Below are positions 20,626-29,638 of a DNA stretch of 64,000 nucleotides, one piece after another. Origin of the DNA: Pseudomonadota bacterium (GTDB lineage: Bacteria > Pseudomonadota > Alphaproteobacteria > Sphingomonadales > CAKZYD01); NCBI GenBank assembly GCA_039814715.1, contig JBCCAR010000004.1, forward strand, positions 32,985-96,984, given 5' to 3'. The position numbers were made by a program, and so were the translations under genes. The notes beneath the pieces are model-generated. The model saw nothing but the letters and a program-made list of their open reading frames with translations. It had not been told where the DNA came from and made no database searches. Position 1 is the first letter of the stretch. Each line of letters begins with the position of its first letter.

Positions 20626-21384
20626 ATGCTGACCACGCGGATCATCCCCTGTTTGGACGTGAAAGACGGCCGGGTCGTGAAAGGCGTGAATTTCGTTGAT
20701 TTAGTGGACGCTGGCGATCCTGTCGAGCAAGCCAAGGTCTATGATGCAGCTGGCGCAGACGAGCTTTGCTTTCTCGATATCACAGCAAGCCATGAAATGC
20801 GTGATACCCTATTAGACGTTGTCACGCGCACAGCGGAAGCCTGCTTCATGCCGCTCACCGTCGGCGGGGGCGTGCGCACGCAGGAGGATGTCCGCAAATT
20901 GCTGCACGCCGGGGCCGATAAAGCAAGTGTGATGACAGCGGCGGTTAAACGCCCAGAGCTTATCAGCGAGCTTGCAAACAAATTCGGAAGCCAGTGCATT
21001 GTCATCGCCGTTGACGCAAAGGCAGTCGCGCCAGGCCGGTGGGAAATTTTCACACATGGCGGGCGCGAGGCGACGGGCATTGACGCCGTTGATTATGCCA
21101 AGCAAGCCGCCAGCATAGGCGCTGGAGAAATCCTGCTCACCTCCATGGATAGAGACGGCACAAAAGTCGGCTTTGATTGCGATTTGACGCGCGCCATTTC
21201 TCAAGCGGTTCCAATCCCAGTGATCGCCTCAGGCGGTGTTGGCACGCTCGATCATATGGTTGAAGGGGTAACGCTGGGCAAGGCGGATGCTGTCCTCGCG
21301 GCCTCAATTTTTCACTTTGGCACCTATACCATCGCGCAAACAAAAGAATACATGCGCGGTGCTGGTTTGACGGTAAGGCTTTAA
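20626..21384 (+). CDS. hisF: Imidazole glycerol phosphate synthase, cyclase subunit
   Basis: [34 protein letters not shown]. Confidence 0.97.
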   Translation: MLTTRIIPCLDVKDGRVVKGVNFVDLVDAGDPVEQAKVYDAAGADELCFLDITASHEMRDTLLDVVTRTAEACFMPLTVGGGVRTQEDVRKLLHAGADKASVMTAAVKRPELISELANKFGSQCIVIAVDAKAVAPGRWEIFTHGGREATGIDAVDYAKQAASIGAGEILLTSMDRDGTKVGFDCDLTRAISQAVPIPVIASGGVGTLDHMVEGVTLGKADAVLAASIFHFGTYTIAQTKEYMRGAGLTVRL

Positions 21385-21385
21385 C

Positions 21386-21715
21386 ATGGCGGACTTAGGC
21401 GCGGCCCTTCAGCAGCTGGAAGCGATCATCGAGGAGCGCGCGCGCGCAGGCGATCCAAGCACGTCTTATGTGGCGAAAATGCTGCATAAAGGGACGCTCA
21501 AAATCGCGCAAAAAGTGGGGGAAGAGGCGGTCGAGACAGCGCTGGCGGCGGCTGCGCAGCCGCGCGATCAGGTGGCAGAGGAAGCGGCTGACCTGCTGTT
21601 TCATCTCCTCGTTTTACTCAAATCGCTCGACATGTCCGCCAGCGATGTAGCCGCGGTGCTGAATGCGCGCCACGGTGTCGGCGGCCTTGAAGAAAAAGCC
21701 AGTCGAAAGGAGTAG
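21386..21715 (+). CDS. hisE: Phosphoribosyl-ATP pyrophosphatase
   Basis: SYVAKML, QKVGEEAVE, EAADLLFH. Confidence 0.94.
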   Translation: MADLGAALQQLEAIIEERARAGDPSTSYVAKMLHKGTLKIAQKVGEEAVETALAAAAQPRDQVAEEAADLLFHLLVLLKSLDMSASDVAAVLNARHGVGGLEEKASRKE

Positions 21716-21719
21716 CGCC

Positions 21720-22112
21720 ATGTCCGTTCCGGCCCGGTCTACCTATGATGACGACAATATTTTTGCCAAAATTCTGCGCGGCGAAATTCCGTCGAAGAAA
21801 GTCTATGACGACGACTATGCCTACGCCTTTCATGACATTAATGCCCAGGCCCCACTGCATGTTTTGGTGGTCCCCAAAGGCAAATACGTCTCTTTTGCCG
21901 ACTTCTCAGAGTATGCACCCGCCGAGCTCATCACCGGCTTTATTCGCGCCGTTGGAAAGGTCGCGAAGGACATGGGCGTGGAAGACAATGGCTATCGTTT
22001 GCTCGCCAACGCGGGCCATGACGCCCATCAGGAAGTACCGCATTTGCACGTGCATATTCTTGCTGGGCGCAGGCTCGGCCCCATGCTGGACCCACGCTTT
22101 TCTGGCAGCTAA
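21720..22112 (+). CDS. Histidine triad (HIT) nucleotide-binding protein
   Basis: NIFAKILRGEIP, QEVPHLHVH. Confidence 0.93.
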   Translation: MSVPARSTYDDDNIFAKILRGEIPSKKVYDDDYAYAFHDINAQAPLHVLVVPKGKYVSFADFSEYAPAELITGFIRAVGKVAKDMGVEDNGYRLLANAGHDAHQEVPHLHVHILAGRRLGPMLDPRFSGS

Positions 22113-22241
22113 AATCACTGAGTATCCATACCGCGCAGGCATCGGCCTTATGGCGAAAAATACCTTCGCGCGATCGGCGCTTGCTTCCTTGGTGATCCAG
22201 TGCATATCCTCTCTAGTGAAGTGGTTAAAAGGAGAGGCCGT

Positions 22242-22766
22242 GTGACGTCCAAATTTTTCATCATGCCCATCGCGTGTGCAGCAATGTTTGCGCTAGCAGC
22301 GTGCGGCGAAGAAGCTGCAGAGGCACCAAACAGCGTTGCATCTGAAAGCGCAGCGCCCGAGACTTTGGCCAACGGCATGACCGTGAAAGCGCAAATTGAA
22401 GCGCGCCAAGCTGGCTTTAAGGAGCTCGGCAAGGCCTTTAAAGCCATTAGCGACCAACTGCGCTCAGGCAATCCTGACATGAGCATCATTCAGCCAGCTG
22501 CTGCGAGCGTGCCAGAAATCACCCAAGACATGGGCAGCTGGTTTCCTGCTGGCACAGGCCCAGAATCTGGTGTTAAGACCGAGGCACTGTCCGCGATTTG
22601 GGAAAAGCCAGAAGATTTCGCCTTAAAAGTCGGAAACTTCCAAACGGCTGCAGCGGCCTTAGTTGTTGCGTCTAATACGGGCGATGCAGCCGCTGTTACG
22701 GCAGCCTTCCGCGCCACAGGCGGCACATGCGGTGCTTGCCATGATAACTTCCGCTTGGACGATTAA
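22242..22766 (+). CDS. Cytochrome c' / c556 (class II), probable lipoprotein
   Basis: Lipobox LAAC; C-terminal CGACH heme motif; AIWEKPEDF. Confidence 0.88.
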   Translation: MTSKFFIMPIACAAMFALAACGEEAAEAPNSVASESAAPETLANGMTVKAQIEARQAGFKELGKAFKAISDQLRSGNPDMSIIQPAAASVPEITQDMGSWFPAGTGPESGVKTEALSAIWEKPEDFALKVGNFQTAAAALVVASNTGDAAAVTAAFRATGGTCGACHDNFRLDD

Positions 22767-22775
22767 AACACGTCC

Positions 22776-23453
22776 ATGTCTGAAGAATACCAGACGCATC
22801 GCATCTGGGATTGGTCCTTAAGGCTGTTCCACTGGTCACTGGCAATCTTAATTGCCTTGATGTGGTGGACAGCTGACCAGGGCGATATGGAGCTGCACCG
22901 CAAGCTCGGCTTGGCGGTACTCGGCCTTATTGTTTACCGCATTTTCTGGGGTTTTTTTGGCCCCTCAACGGCGCGGTTTTCAAAGCTCCCGATTAAGCCG
23001 AAACAGATATTAGGGTATTTGCCCGAGCTGCGTGCTGAAACCTATTACCCACAAGGGGGCCATAACCCGCTTGCGTCCCTTGCGGTCATCGCCATGCTGG
23101 CAGCGGTCACCTTCCAAGTCTCTACCGGGCTTTTCGCCATCGATGTGGACGGGCTTGAGTCAGGCCCACTGGCTCGCTTTATTAGTTTTGATACCGGCCG
23201 AGACATTGCTGATCTTCATGAACTCAGTTTCAATGTGATTTTAGGGCTCATTATTCTGCACTTAACGGCGCTCGCCTATTATGCGCTCGCGCTGACGACA
23301 GACCTGGTGAGCGCCATGATCACAGGCAAGCGCGATGTCAAAACGGCCCATACTGGCCCCGACCCACAAGCTAAAGCCAACCCGCTCAAGGTCCTGGCCG
23401 GGCTCGCCGTTGCAGGCGGCGTCATCATTCTTATTCAAACCATCGGCATCTGA
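22776..23453 (+). CDS. Cytochrome b (HyaC/Ni-Fe hydrogenase b-type family)
   Basis: IWDWSLRLFHW, GHNPL, HE...LH heme ligands, AMITG. Confidence 0.88.
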   Translation: MSEEYQTHRIWDWSLRLFHWSLAILIALMWWTADQGDMELHRKLGLAVLGLIVYRIFWGFFGPSTARFSKLPIKPKQILGYLPELRAETYYPQGGHNPLASLAVIAMLAAVTFQVSTGLFAIDVDGLESGPLARFISFDTGRDIADLHELSFNVILGLIILHLTALAYYALALTTDLVSAMITGKRDVKTAHTGPDPQAKANPLKVLAGLAVAGGVIILIQTIGI

Positions 23454-23526
23454 TAGAAGGGCAAAACGCTCCTGACTTTCCTTTGCGCTGCTCTTCTTTT
23501 AGGGTTGGCATGGGAGGGGAGCTGCA

Positions 23527-24837
23527 ATGTTATCATCTGGCGACATTCGCGCGCTAATCGAACCAACACGGGTACATCGGCGCGTCTATACCGATCCGGA
23601 CGTGTTCGCGTTGGAACTGGAGCGTATTTGGGGCACGGCTTGGATATTTGTTGGCCATGACAGCATGGTCCCGAACCCTGGTGATTTCATAACCACAACG
23701 GTCGGCAAGCAGCCGGTCATCATGGTGCGCGACCGCGGCACCGGCGAAATCAATGTTCTGTTAAACCGCTGCGGTCACCGGGGCGTGAAGCTAGTACAGA
23801 AGGCCCATGGCAACGTGCGCGGCTTTCGCTGCCCTTACCATGGCTGGAGCTACCGCACCAATGGCGCCCTCGCTGGCGCGCCCCACCCCAAGGGCTATCA
23901 AGGCACATCAGCGCTGCAATCCAAACCCTGCCACCAGCTGCGTCTTATTCACCGCGTGAACGCGTATCGCGGTTTTTATTTCGCCAGCTTAAGCCCAGAC
24001 GGGCCCGATCTTGAAACCTTTCTGGGCGAGACCAAAGCCACGATTGATAACCTAACGGACCGCTCCCCAGAAGGCCGGATCGAAGTGGTGGGGAAAGTCA
24101 GCAACCGGTTTGTGCAGCCATCGAACTGGAAAAACTTCGTTGAAAACTTAGTGGATGCGATGCACCCCATGGTGGCGCACGCAGCAACGGGAGAAGCGGT
24201 ACAGGCCTATATGGATCGCCTAGGCGAGGACGCCCCTAGGCCGCCTGAGGCGGACGTCATCCACCCCTTTGGCGGCTCCTATGATTTTTTCGACACAATG
24301 GGTCAAAGCGCGCTTCCTCACGGCCACAACTATATGGGCGGCGAGAAAAGCATCTTCAGTCATTATAATCTGCCGCCAGCGTATATTGAGGCCATGACGC
24401 AGGCCTATGGCGAGGCGCGGATGAAAGACATCCTCTCCTTTAACCGGCACAACACCACCGTGTACCCCTCGCTTGCCGTACGCGACGGTGTCCAATCCAT
24501 CCGCGTTGTGCGGCCGGTGTCTGTGGATGAAACGATTATCGAAACCTGGGTGTTCCGGCTGGTTGGCGCGCCTAAAGAGCTGCTGGCACGGACGCTGCTT
24601 TATTCAAGGCTGATCAATGCGCCCGGGTCCATGGTCGGGCCAGATGACCTGGATTGCTATTTCCGTATGCAGCGCGGCCTTCAATCAGAGCTGAACGATT
24701 GGGTTGATTTCAGCCGCTTTGAAGATGATGACCAGGTACAAGTCCGCAAAACAGTCGGCGTGGGCACCAGTGATTTGGTGTTCCGCAACCAATATAAGGC
24801 CTGGCTGGATTACATGACAAAGGACGCTGAGGCATGA
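23527..24837 (+). CDS. Rieske aromatic ring-hydroxylating oxygenase, alpha subunit
   Basis: NRCGHRG...CPYHGW Rieske ligands; NWK..VEN..DAMH...AH iron site. Confidence 0.92.
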   Translation: MLSSGDIRALIEPTRVHRRVYTDPDVFALELERIWGTAWIFVGHDSMVPNPGDFITTTVGKQPVIMVRDRGTGEINVLLNRCGHRGVKLVQKAHGNVRGFRCPYHGWSYRTNGALAGAPHPKGYQGTSALQSKPCHQLRLIHRVNAYRGFYFASLSPDGPDLETFLGETKATIDNLTDRSPEGRIEVVGKVSNRFVQPSNWKNFVENLVDAMHPMVAHAATGEAVQAYMDRLGEDAPRPPEADVIHPFGGSYDFFDTMGQSALPHGHNYMGGEKSIFSHYNLPPAYIEAMTQAYGEARMKDILSFNRHNTTVYPSLAVRDGVQSIRVVRPVSVDETIIETWVFRLVGAPKELLARTLLYSRLINAPGSMVGPDDLDCYFRMQRGLQSELNDWVDFSRFEDDDQVQVRKTVGVGTSDLVFRNQYKAWLDYMTKDAEA

Positions 24838-25313
24838 CAGCGCAAGCCTTTGAAACAGACGCAGTCGAACGCTTTATCAAAGCAGAGCTGCGCCATCTCA
24901 ACGCGCATGATTTTGCGCCTTGGATCGATCTGTTCACCGATGACGGCGTATACTTCATGCCGCTGGATGAAGCGCAGTGCGACCCCAGCACCTATGACAT
25001 GATCATGTATGACACAAAGGCCCTCATGCGGATCAGGCTAGAGAACTTCGGCCACCCCAAATCCCCGTCCATGGAATACCCCATTCGCTCCATGCGGATG
25101 ATGTCCGATTGCCAAATCATTAGCCAAAACGGCGATACGTGCCGCACGCAAACGCCCTTCATGGCAAGCATCTTTTATCAAGAGATGAACTGGTATTGCG
25201 GCACCTATTACCACGACTTCGTGCGCGATGCGGGCGCGATGAAAATCAAGCGCAAGCAGGTTAATCTGCTGAACATGGGCGCGCCTATGGGCGCCATCAT
25301 GACCTATCTTTAA
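24834..25313 (+). CDS. Ring-hydroxylating oxygenase, beta subunit
   Basis: E.RHL...F..W.DLF..DGVY.MP, KIKRKQVNLLN; ATGA coupling to alpha subunit. Confidence 0.85.
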   Translation: MTAQAFETDAVERFIKAELRHLNAHDFAPWIDLFTDDGVYFMPLDEAQCDPSTYDMIMYDTKALMRIRLENFGHPKSPSMEYPIRSMRMMSDCQIISQNGDTCRTQTPFMASIFYQEMNWYCGTYYHDFVRDAGAMKIKRKQVNLLNMGAPMGAIMTYL

Positions 25314-25324
25314 GGCCGCATTCG

Positions 25325-26539
25325 ATCGCCCATCCACACCGAAGCCAGAGTGAACTTGCCCAGGGTTGGCCTGCTGCTCTGGGCGGCTTTGCCGGCACGT
25401 TTTTTAGCGTGGGAACCTTGGTCATCTATTCCTTCGGGCTGTTTGCGCCGCAATTTGCGCAGGACTTTGGCTGGAGCCGCGGGGAGCTGTCTCTAGCGCT
25501 CACTGTGTTTAACTACGCCATCATCGTCTCAGGGCTCATCTACGGTCTCTTAATTGACCGGATTGGCGCGCGGTTGATCATTCTCATATCGACAGCTTTG
25601 TTCGCTCTGGCCTATGGCAGCCTCGCTTTTGTGAGCGCCAGCAAGCTGCATTTTTATGCCATCTTTGCCCTCATGGCCTTTGCTGGCGGCGGCACATTGC
25701 CAGTCAGCTATAGCCGCATCATCGTCTCTTGGTTTGATCGCCAGCGCGGCCTTGCTCTCGGGCTGGCTCTAGTGGGAACGGGCGTCGGCGCCGCCATCCT
25801 ACCGCCCATAATCCAATGGCTTATATCGACTTATTCTTGGCAGAGCGCTATCTTGATTTTAGCCGGCAGCATCATGGGTATCTCGCTCCCGCTCTCCTTC
25901 TTGCTTCTAAAGCCCAAAGATCACGGGGCGCAGACGGGTAGCGCCAAACGAGCGACAAACCCAAAACTGCCTTTTGGCCGTGCATTCTGGGTGCTTGTGG
26001 CTTTCTCCGTCTTATCCGGAATGTTTTTAATTGGCGCAATTATTCACTTTGTCTCGATTTTGCAGGATCGCGGCGTGAGCCCGCAAACCGCCGCTGGCTT
26101 TGCTGCTGCAATCGGCGTTTCGGTGATCGTGGGGCGCATCGGCGTTGGCTTCCTGTTGGACAGGCTATTCGCTCCGCGGGTGGTGTTTTTCCTCTTTTTA
26201 GGGCCCATCATTGCCTTCTTGGTGCTCAGGCACGGCTCTGGAGAGGCGGCCTTTTTGTTCGCCGCCCTGGCCTTTGGCCTAGCCCAAGGCGCGGAGATTG
26301 ACATCATCGCCTATCTGGTGAGCCGATACTTCCCGCGCGAGGCCTTCGGTTTGACATACGGGGCCCTATTTTCAGCCTTTACAGTAGGCGCAGCAAACGG
26401 ACCATTGCTGCTGGGCGTGCTGTATGACCGCAATGGAGACTATAGCCAGGCCTTGCTTGTCCTCGCCATCATCGCCAGTTTTGCTGCAGCCTCTACATTT
26501 CTCATGCCGCGCTATGACAAAGACACGCCGCCAAGCTAA
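25325..26539 (+). CDS. MFS transporter (start uncertain; first canonical start at 25409 lies inside TM1)
   Basis: GLLIDRIGAR, WFDRQRGLALG, GFLLDRL motifs; frame open upstream as SELAQGWPAALGGFAG. Confidence 0.85.
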   Translation: MAHPHRSQSELAQGWPAALGGFAGTFFSVGTLVIYSFGLFAPQFAQDFGWSRGELSLALTVFNYAIIVSGLIYGLLIDRIGARLIILISTALFALAYGSLAFVSASKLHFYAIFALMAFAGGGTLPVSYSRIIVSWFDRQRGLALGLALVGTGVGAAILPPIIQWLISTYSWQSAILILAGSIMGISLPLSFLLLKPKDHGAQTGSAKRATNPKLPFGRAFWVLVAFSVLSGMFLIGAIIHFVSILQDRGVSPQTAAGFAAAIGVSVIVGRIGVGFLLDRLFAPRVVFFLFLGPIIAFLVLRHGSGEAAFLFAALAFGLAQGAEIDIIAYLVSRYFPREAFGLTYGALFSAFTVGAANGPLLLGVLYDRNGDYSQALLVLAIIASFAAASTFLMPRYDKDTPPS

Positions 26540-26571
26540 GCTGCGTTTATTGCTCGTTTCCCCTAAACCTT

Positions 26572-26590
26572 AGCGTTATAAGATAACGCT
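26572..26590. promoter_or_regulatory. Zur-like box upstream of ABC operon
   Basis: Palindrome AGCGTTAT-AAG-ATAACGCT matches GTTAT-N3-ATAAC. Confidence 0.75.
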
Positions 26591-26625
26591 CATTCACTCA
26601 TCAAGGATCAAAAGCGAGACTTGAG

Positions 26626-27276
26626 ATGGAAATACTGACACTTGATCACATCACTATATCGCGCGGCGGACGCAGTATCTTGAGTGATTTCAACATGCAG
26701 GTTGAACCGGGCGCCCATCATGCAGTGGTCGGGCCGTCAGGCGCGGGCAAGTACACATTGCTCGGCCTCATCTGCGGTATCCTAAGGCCAGAGCGAGGCC
26801 GCATTTCCTTTCTAGGAGAGGCACTCTCAAGCCTCTCGGCGGCTGGCCGTGACAAGCGCCGTGCAGACCAAATGGGCGTCGTATTCCAAAATCTTGGTCT
26901 GGCATCAGCCTTGACGGTTGGCGGCAATCTCGCTTTGGCGCTGCGCATGGCTGGCAAACAACAAGACATTGATTTTGCGCATGGGCTTTTAAATCGCTTG
27001 GGGTTAGCAAAATATCATAACGCGAAACCACGGCAGCTTAGCCGCGGTGAGGCCCAGCGCGCCGCCATTGCCCGCGCCCTTGTCGCCAGGCCAAAGCTGC
27101 TGATCGCGGATGAGCCAACAGCTTCCTTAGATACAGTGTGGCGCAATACAGTCATGGACATCTTGTTTGAGCAAGCTGACCAACAACAGCTCACCTTGGT
27201 TGTTTCAACGCATGATCCTGCAATCACTGACCGCTTTGCGCATAAGGTGGCGCTGCCGCAAGGACAATCACAATGA
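26626..27276 (+). CDS. ABC ATP-binding protein (LolD/ZrgB-like)
   Basis: Walker A GPSGAGKYT (atypical Y), LSRGEAQR, ADEPTASLD, STHD. Confidence 0.88.
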   Translation: MEILTLDHITISRGGRSILSDFNMQVEPGAHHAVVGPSGAGKYTLLGLICGILRPERGRISFLGEALSSLSAAGRDKRRADQMGVVFQNLGLASALTVGGNLALALRMAGKQQDIDFAHGLLNRLGLAKYHNAKPRQLSRGEAQRAAIARALVARPKLLIADEPTASLDTVWRNTVMDILFEQADQQQLTLVVSTHDPAITDRFAHKVALPQGQSQ

Positions 27277-28511
27277 TCCGCCTGGCGCTCGCCCATATGA
27301 TAGATCGCCCGATGCCAGTAACGCTCAACACATTGCTCATCGCCTTCACCGGCGCTCTCTTGTTAACCCTGGCGAGTTTATCAACCCATGTGCGAGAGCG
27401 TTTTGACCGCGATATGGCAGGCATTGATCTCGTGGTCAGCGCAAAAGGATCGCCGCTACAAGTGATCTTATCGTCCCTTTTTCATGTGGACGTACCAACT
27501 GGCAATATCCCGCTAGAGGCTGCCAGAAAGCTGGGCAAAGACCCGCTTGTGGCCGATGCAATCCCGATCGCGGTAGGCGACCGGTTCCGCGGGTTTCGCG
27601 TTGTGGGAACGCGTCTGGCCTATCTATCTCTGTACCAAGCAAAGGCATCTACCGGGTCGGTTAACATCGAAGAAGAGCATGCGGTTGTTGGCGCTGCGGC
27701 CGCCCGAACGCTGGGTATCAGCGTTGGTCAACACTTTGCCGTCACGCATGGTTTAGCGGGCGATGGCGCAGGTGCGCATGACGCGCATCCTCTCACGGTA
27801 AGCGCTATTTTACAGCCAACCGGCAGCGTCATAGACCGGCTCATCGTCACCTCGCTAGACGCTGTTTGGGACGCGCATGGTATTGAGGCAGAGGATCACC
27901 ACGACAACCATGAAGACCATGAAGACCATGAAGACCATGATGATGAAGATCATGCCTCAGAAGACAACCGGCCGCCGGAGGTGACCGCCTTGCTGATACG
28001 CTATGCGTCCCCCCTAGCGGCCGTGCAACTGCCCCAAAAGATCAACGCACAGACACAGCTCATGGCCGCCGTCCCCGCTTATGAAACAGCGCGTCTATTG
28101 AGCTTGTTTGGCGCCACCGGCGATGTGGCGCGCATCGTCACGACCGCGCTTGCGATGCTAGGGGGCTTTGCTATTTTTGCCTCACTGTGGTCAGCGCTAG
28201 AGGGCCGCGAAACGGATGTGGCATTGTACCGGCTGCTTGGGGCGCAGCCGCGGCACATTTTCTCTCTGCTTTTATTGGAGGGTGTTTTAACCGCCATCTT
28301 TGGCGCTTTGTGCGCTTGGCTCATCGCACGGCTATGTTTGTGGCGTCTCTGGTCTGGCATAACCTCTCTCGCCGATAGTGGTTTTTCACCTTTCGTGACA
28401 TCGCCCGGAGAAGCTATAGTTTTGATCGCGATCATTTGCATTGGCGCGTTGGCGGCGCTGCCGGCCGCGATAAAAGCCGCGCATACACCGCTAGAGCGTG
28501 CCCTTGCGTAG
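27273..28511 (+). CDS. MacB/FtsX-type ABC permease with His/Asp/Glu-rich insert (ZrgC-like)
   Basis: GIDLVVSAKGSPLQ.IL..LFH...PTGNI; HHDNHEDHEDHEDHDDEDH tract. Confidence 0.85.
   Translation: MIRLALAHMIDRPMPVTLNTLLIAFTGALLLTLASLSTHVRERFDRDMAGIDLVVSAKGSPLQVILSSLFHVDVPTGNIPLEAARKLGKDPLVADAIPIAVGDRFRGFRVVGTRLAYLSLYQAKASTGSVNIEEEHAVVGAAAARTLGISVGQHFAVTHGLAGDGAGAHDAHPLTVSAILQPTGSVIDRLIVTSLDAVWDAHGIEAEDHHDNHEDHEDHEDHDDEDHASEDNRPPEVTALLIRYASPLAAVQLPQKINAQTQLMAAVPAYETARLLSLFGATGDVARIVTTALAMLGGFAIFASLWSALEGRETDVALYRLLGAQPRHIFSLLLLEGVLTAIFGALCAWLIARLCLWRLWSGITSLADSGFSPFVTSPGEAIVLIAIICIGALAALPAAIKAAHTPLERALA
27910..27951 (+). repeat. In-frame tandem repeat (CATGAAGAC)x3 plus degenerate copies encoding His-Glu-Asp
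   Basis: catgaagac catgaagac catgaagac catgatgat gaagat. Confidence 0.85.
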
Positions 28512-28530
28512 AGAAAGACCGGAAGTCTCG

Positions 28531-29037
28531 ATGCTGAACCTCAACTTAGTCTTTGGCATGGCAATACTCTGCCTCAGCATAAGCGCGCCTGCACATGCCT
28601 TTGAGGAAACACCTGTTCCACCAAGCTTGGAACAGATTTGGCAACCGGCTGATACGCCGCTGGGCGGTGTGTCCTGGCAGACCCTTGAGACGACAGTGGA
28701 ACTTCAACGTACAGATGAAGAAGGCTACATTGTCTCAAAGCCTAAATTCAGCGATGAGGTTAAAGCAATCGAAGGCACAAACATCAAAGTGGCTGGCTGG
28801 ATGATGCCGCTGGAGAACGGCCAGGAACAGCGTCACTTTGTCTTGCTTGGCTATCCGCCAGGCTGCCCATTCCATCTGCATGCAGGGCCAAACCAGTTCA
28901 TTGAGGTGCGCACGACCATTCCGATCCAAACGCAGATCTGGGACCCAATCGTTATCGAAGGAACACTGACGCTCACCGGCCATGAAGAAACGGGCGTCTT
29001 TTACCAAATCGCCGACGGTCAGTTAAGGCTCAATTAA
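28531..29037 (+). CDS. DUF3299 family protein (ZrgD-like)
   Basis: Signal peptide; W..L, IKVAGWMMPLE, GCPFH...PNQFIEV, GVFYQI. Confidence 0.75.
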   Translation: MLNLNLVFGMAILCLSISAPAHAFEETPVPPSLEQIWQPADTPLGGVSWQTLETTVELQRTDEEGYIVSKPKFSDEVKAIEGTNIKVAGWMMPLENGQEQRHFVLLGYPPGCPFHLHAGPNQFIEVRTTIPIQTQIWDPIVIEGTLTLTGHEETGVFYQIADGQLRLN

Positions 29038-29417
29038 GCGCGCAGGTTTTGAATATGAGCGACAATTAAGAATGCGCTGCCAACCACGGTGACAAGTGTT
29101 TCGCCAAGGTGATCAGAAATTGTCATCGCGCCGAACAGGCATAAGAGCCCCATTATAGCGAAGACGCCAATGCTGACTTTTTGACGTTTCTTCAAAGCGG
29201 GCCATCGCGGAACGATGGCTGCGCAACAAGCAAAGGCGGCGAGCACCGCAGCAATCAGGTGCAGCTCTTCCGGCCAGTGACGGGCTATACTGAGGTTGGG
29301 CAAGGCCACGAGCATCAGCGGCAGAGCAAGGCAATGGATCAAGCATAGGCCCGAGAGGCCTATAGCCATACCATCAAAAAACCCGCGCTTTGGCGCAGCT
29401 GAAAAAGAAAGAGGCAT
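29034..29417 (-). CDS. MerC-domain membrane protein
   Basis: DGMAIGLSGLCLIHCLALP, H..., GS..LI.AHIQN; start at MPLSF behind GGAGG. Confidence 0.85.
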   Translation of the reverse strand: MPLSFSAAPKRGFFDGMAIGLSGLCLIHCLALPLMLVALPNLSIARHWPEELHLIAAVLAAFACCAAIVPRWPALKKRQKVSIGVFAIMGLLCLFGAMTISDHLGETLVTVVGSAFLIVAHIQNLRA

Positions 29418-29455
29418 AGCCCCTCCAAAAAAAAACGTGTGAGAGCGTGTCATAT

Positions 29456-29471
29456 CGTTATATTATAACAT
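29456..29471. promoter_or_regulatory. Zur-like box upstream of merC-like gene
   Basis: CGTTAT-ATT-ATAACAT matches GTTAT-N3-ATAAC. Confidence 0.75.
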
Positions 29472-29638
29472 GCACAAGCGTGGATAGCGCATTTTGGCTG
29501 TGTTTTGATGGTTCAGGCTTTGGCGGTTCTTATGCGCAGAAGCATCGACGCATACCAAAATTCAGCCGTGACCAGGTTAGAAGATCCCTTTAGGATAAAG
29601 TGCTTAGGCTACTCTCGACAGACCGCAAGGACACACAA

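Noticed and set aside
29034-29417. Mercury resistance locus
   Set aside because: No merA/merR/merP; the Zur-like box points to zinc homeostasis
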